A stretch of 64,000 nt of DNA from contig NC_135660.1 in the NCBI RefSeq assembly GCF_964188315.1, forward strand, positions 68,262,001 through 68,326,000. Direction: 5' to 3'. Under the pieces are notes generated by a model. It made no database searches. It was not told the origin of the DNA and was given only the letters and a program-made list of their open reading frames with translations. Below, piece by piece: positions 63,568 to 64,000 of this stretch. A program made the position numbers and the translations under genes. Source of the DNA: Podarcis muralis (Eukaryota). Every line of letters begins with the position of its first letter. Position 1 is the stretch's first letter.

Positions 63568-64000
63568 GTACTGACTTGTCAGCATGTGCTTCAACCAATT
63601 TGTGCTTCAGATCCCATATGTGCACCTCCTTTTAAAAGGGACAGTATATATTTCTTATTTCCCCCATTACCTTAAAAAGACTGTTGGCTTTCATCATTTG
63701 AAATCTAAAAAGGCTTTATTTTTTTAAACATGGAGACTTAACTTTTCCCAACAAAAAAGTTGTCGCAAGAGTTCAGTATTAAGTCATTTCAACGCAGAAT
63801 TACTTAACGTTTGGTAAACCAACTAGATGCTACATTAAATTTCTTCTCCTTTTTGTGATCATTTTTTACTGAGCAGCAATGGTTGATTTTTCCATTTTGG
63901 TTTAATAAAATCAAACAATTATCTTTCTATTCATAAGAGAGTGAGGCAAATCTGTTTTTCACAAATACTTAATTTATATTTTGTGTGAATGGGAGATATT

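Overview
Vertebrate genomic DNA from a squamate reptile, probably a lacertid lizard (inferred from Sauria SINE, Bov-B and the L2/CR1 family mix). The window holds the 5' part of MICU1 (mitochondrial calcium uptake 1) on the + strand. It has a CpG-island promoter, a non-coding exon 1 ending at 12731, and coding exons at 29875-30035, 46678-46864, 53786-53948 and 60206-60249, all with GT-AG introns and consistent phases. The rest of the gene lies beyond the window. A 12-nt microexon (63556-63567, DFWQ) matches the known muscle MICU1.1 EFWQ microexon. About 250 bp upstream is a look-alike splice unit: a 36-nt candidate exon starting with an in-frame TAA and ending ATG-TTT-TGG-CAG|GT. The same intron carries a dense cluster of RBFOX-type (T)GCATG motifs. 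The remainder is TE-rich: L1, L2, CR1 and Bov-B fragments, Sauria, CORE-type and 5S-derived SINEs, Tc1/mariner and hAT MITEs, solo-LTR-like elements, and a 606-bp DNA element with a 9-bp TSD carrying a tail-less Bov-B piece. There is one 159-N gap. No CRISPR, rRNA or true tRNA genes were seen. Exon, TIR and TSD coordinates were counted by hand; other repeat boundaries are approximate and family names come from motif recognition, not a database search.
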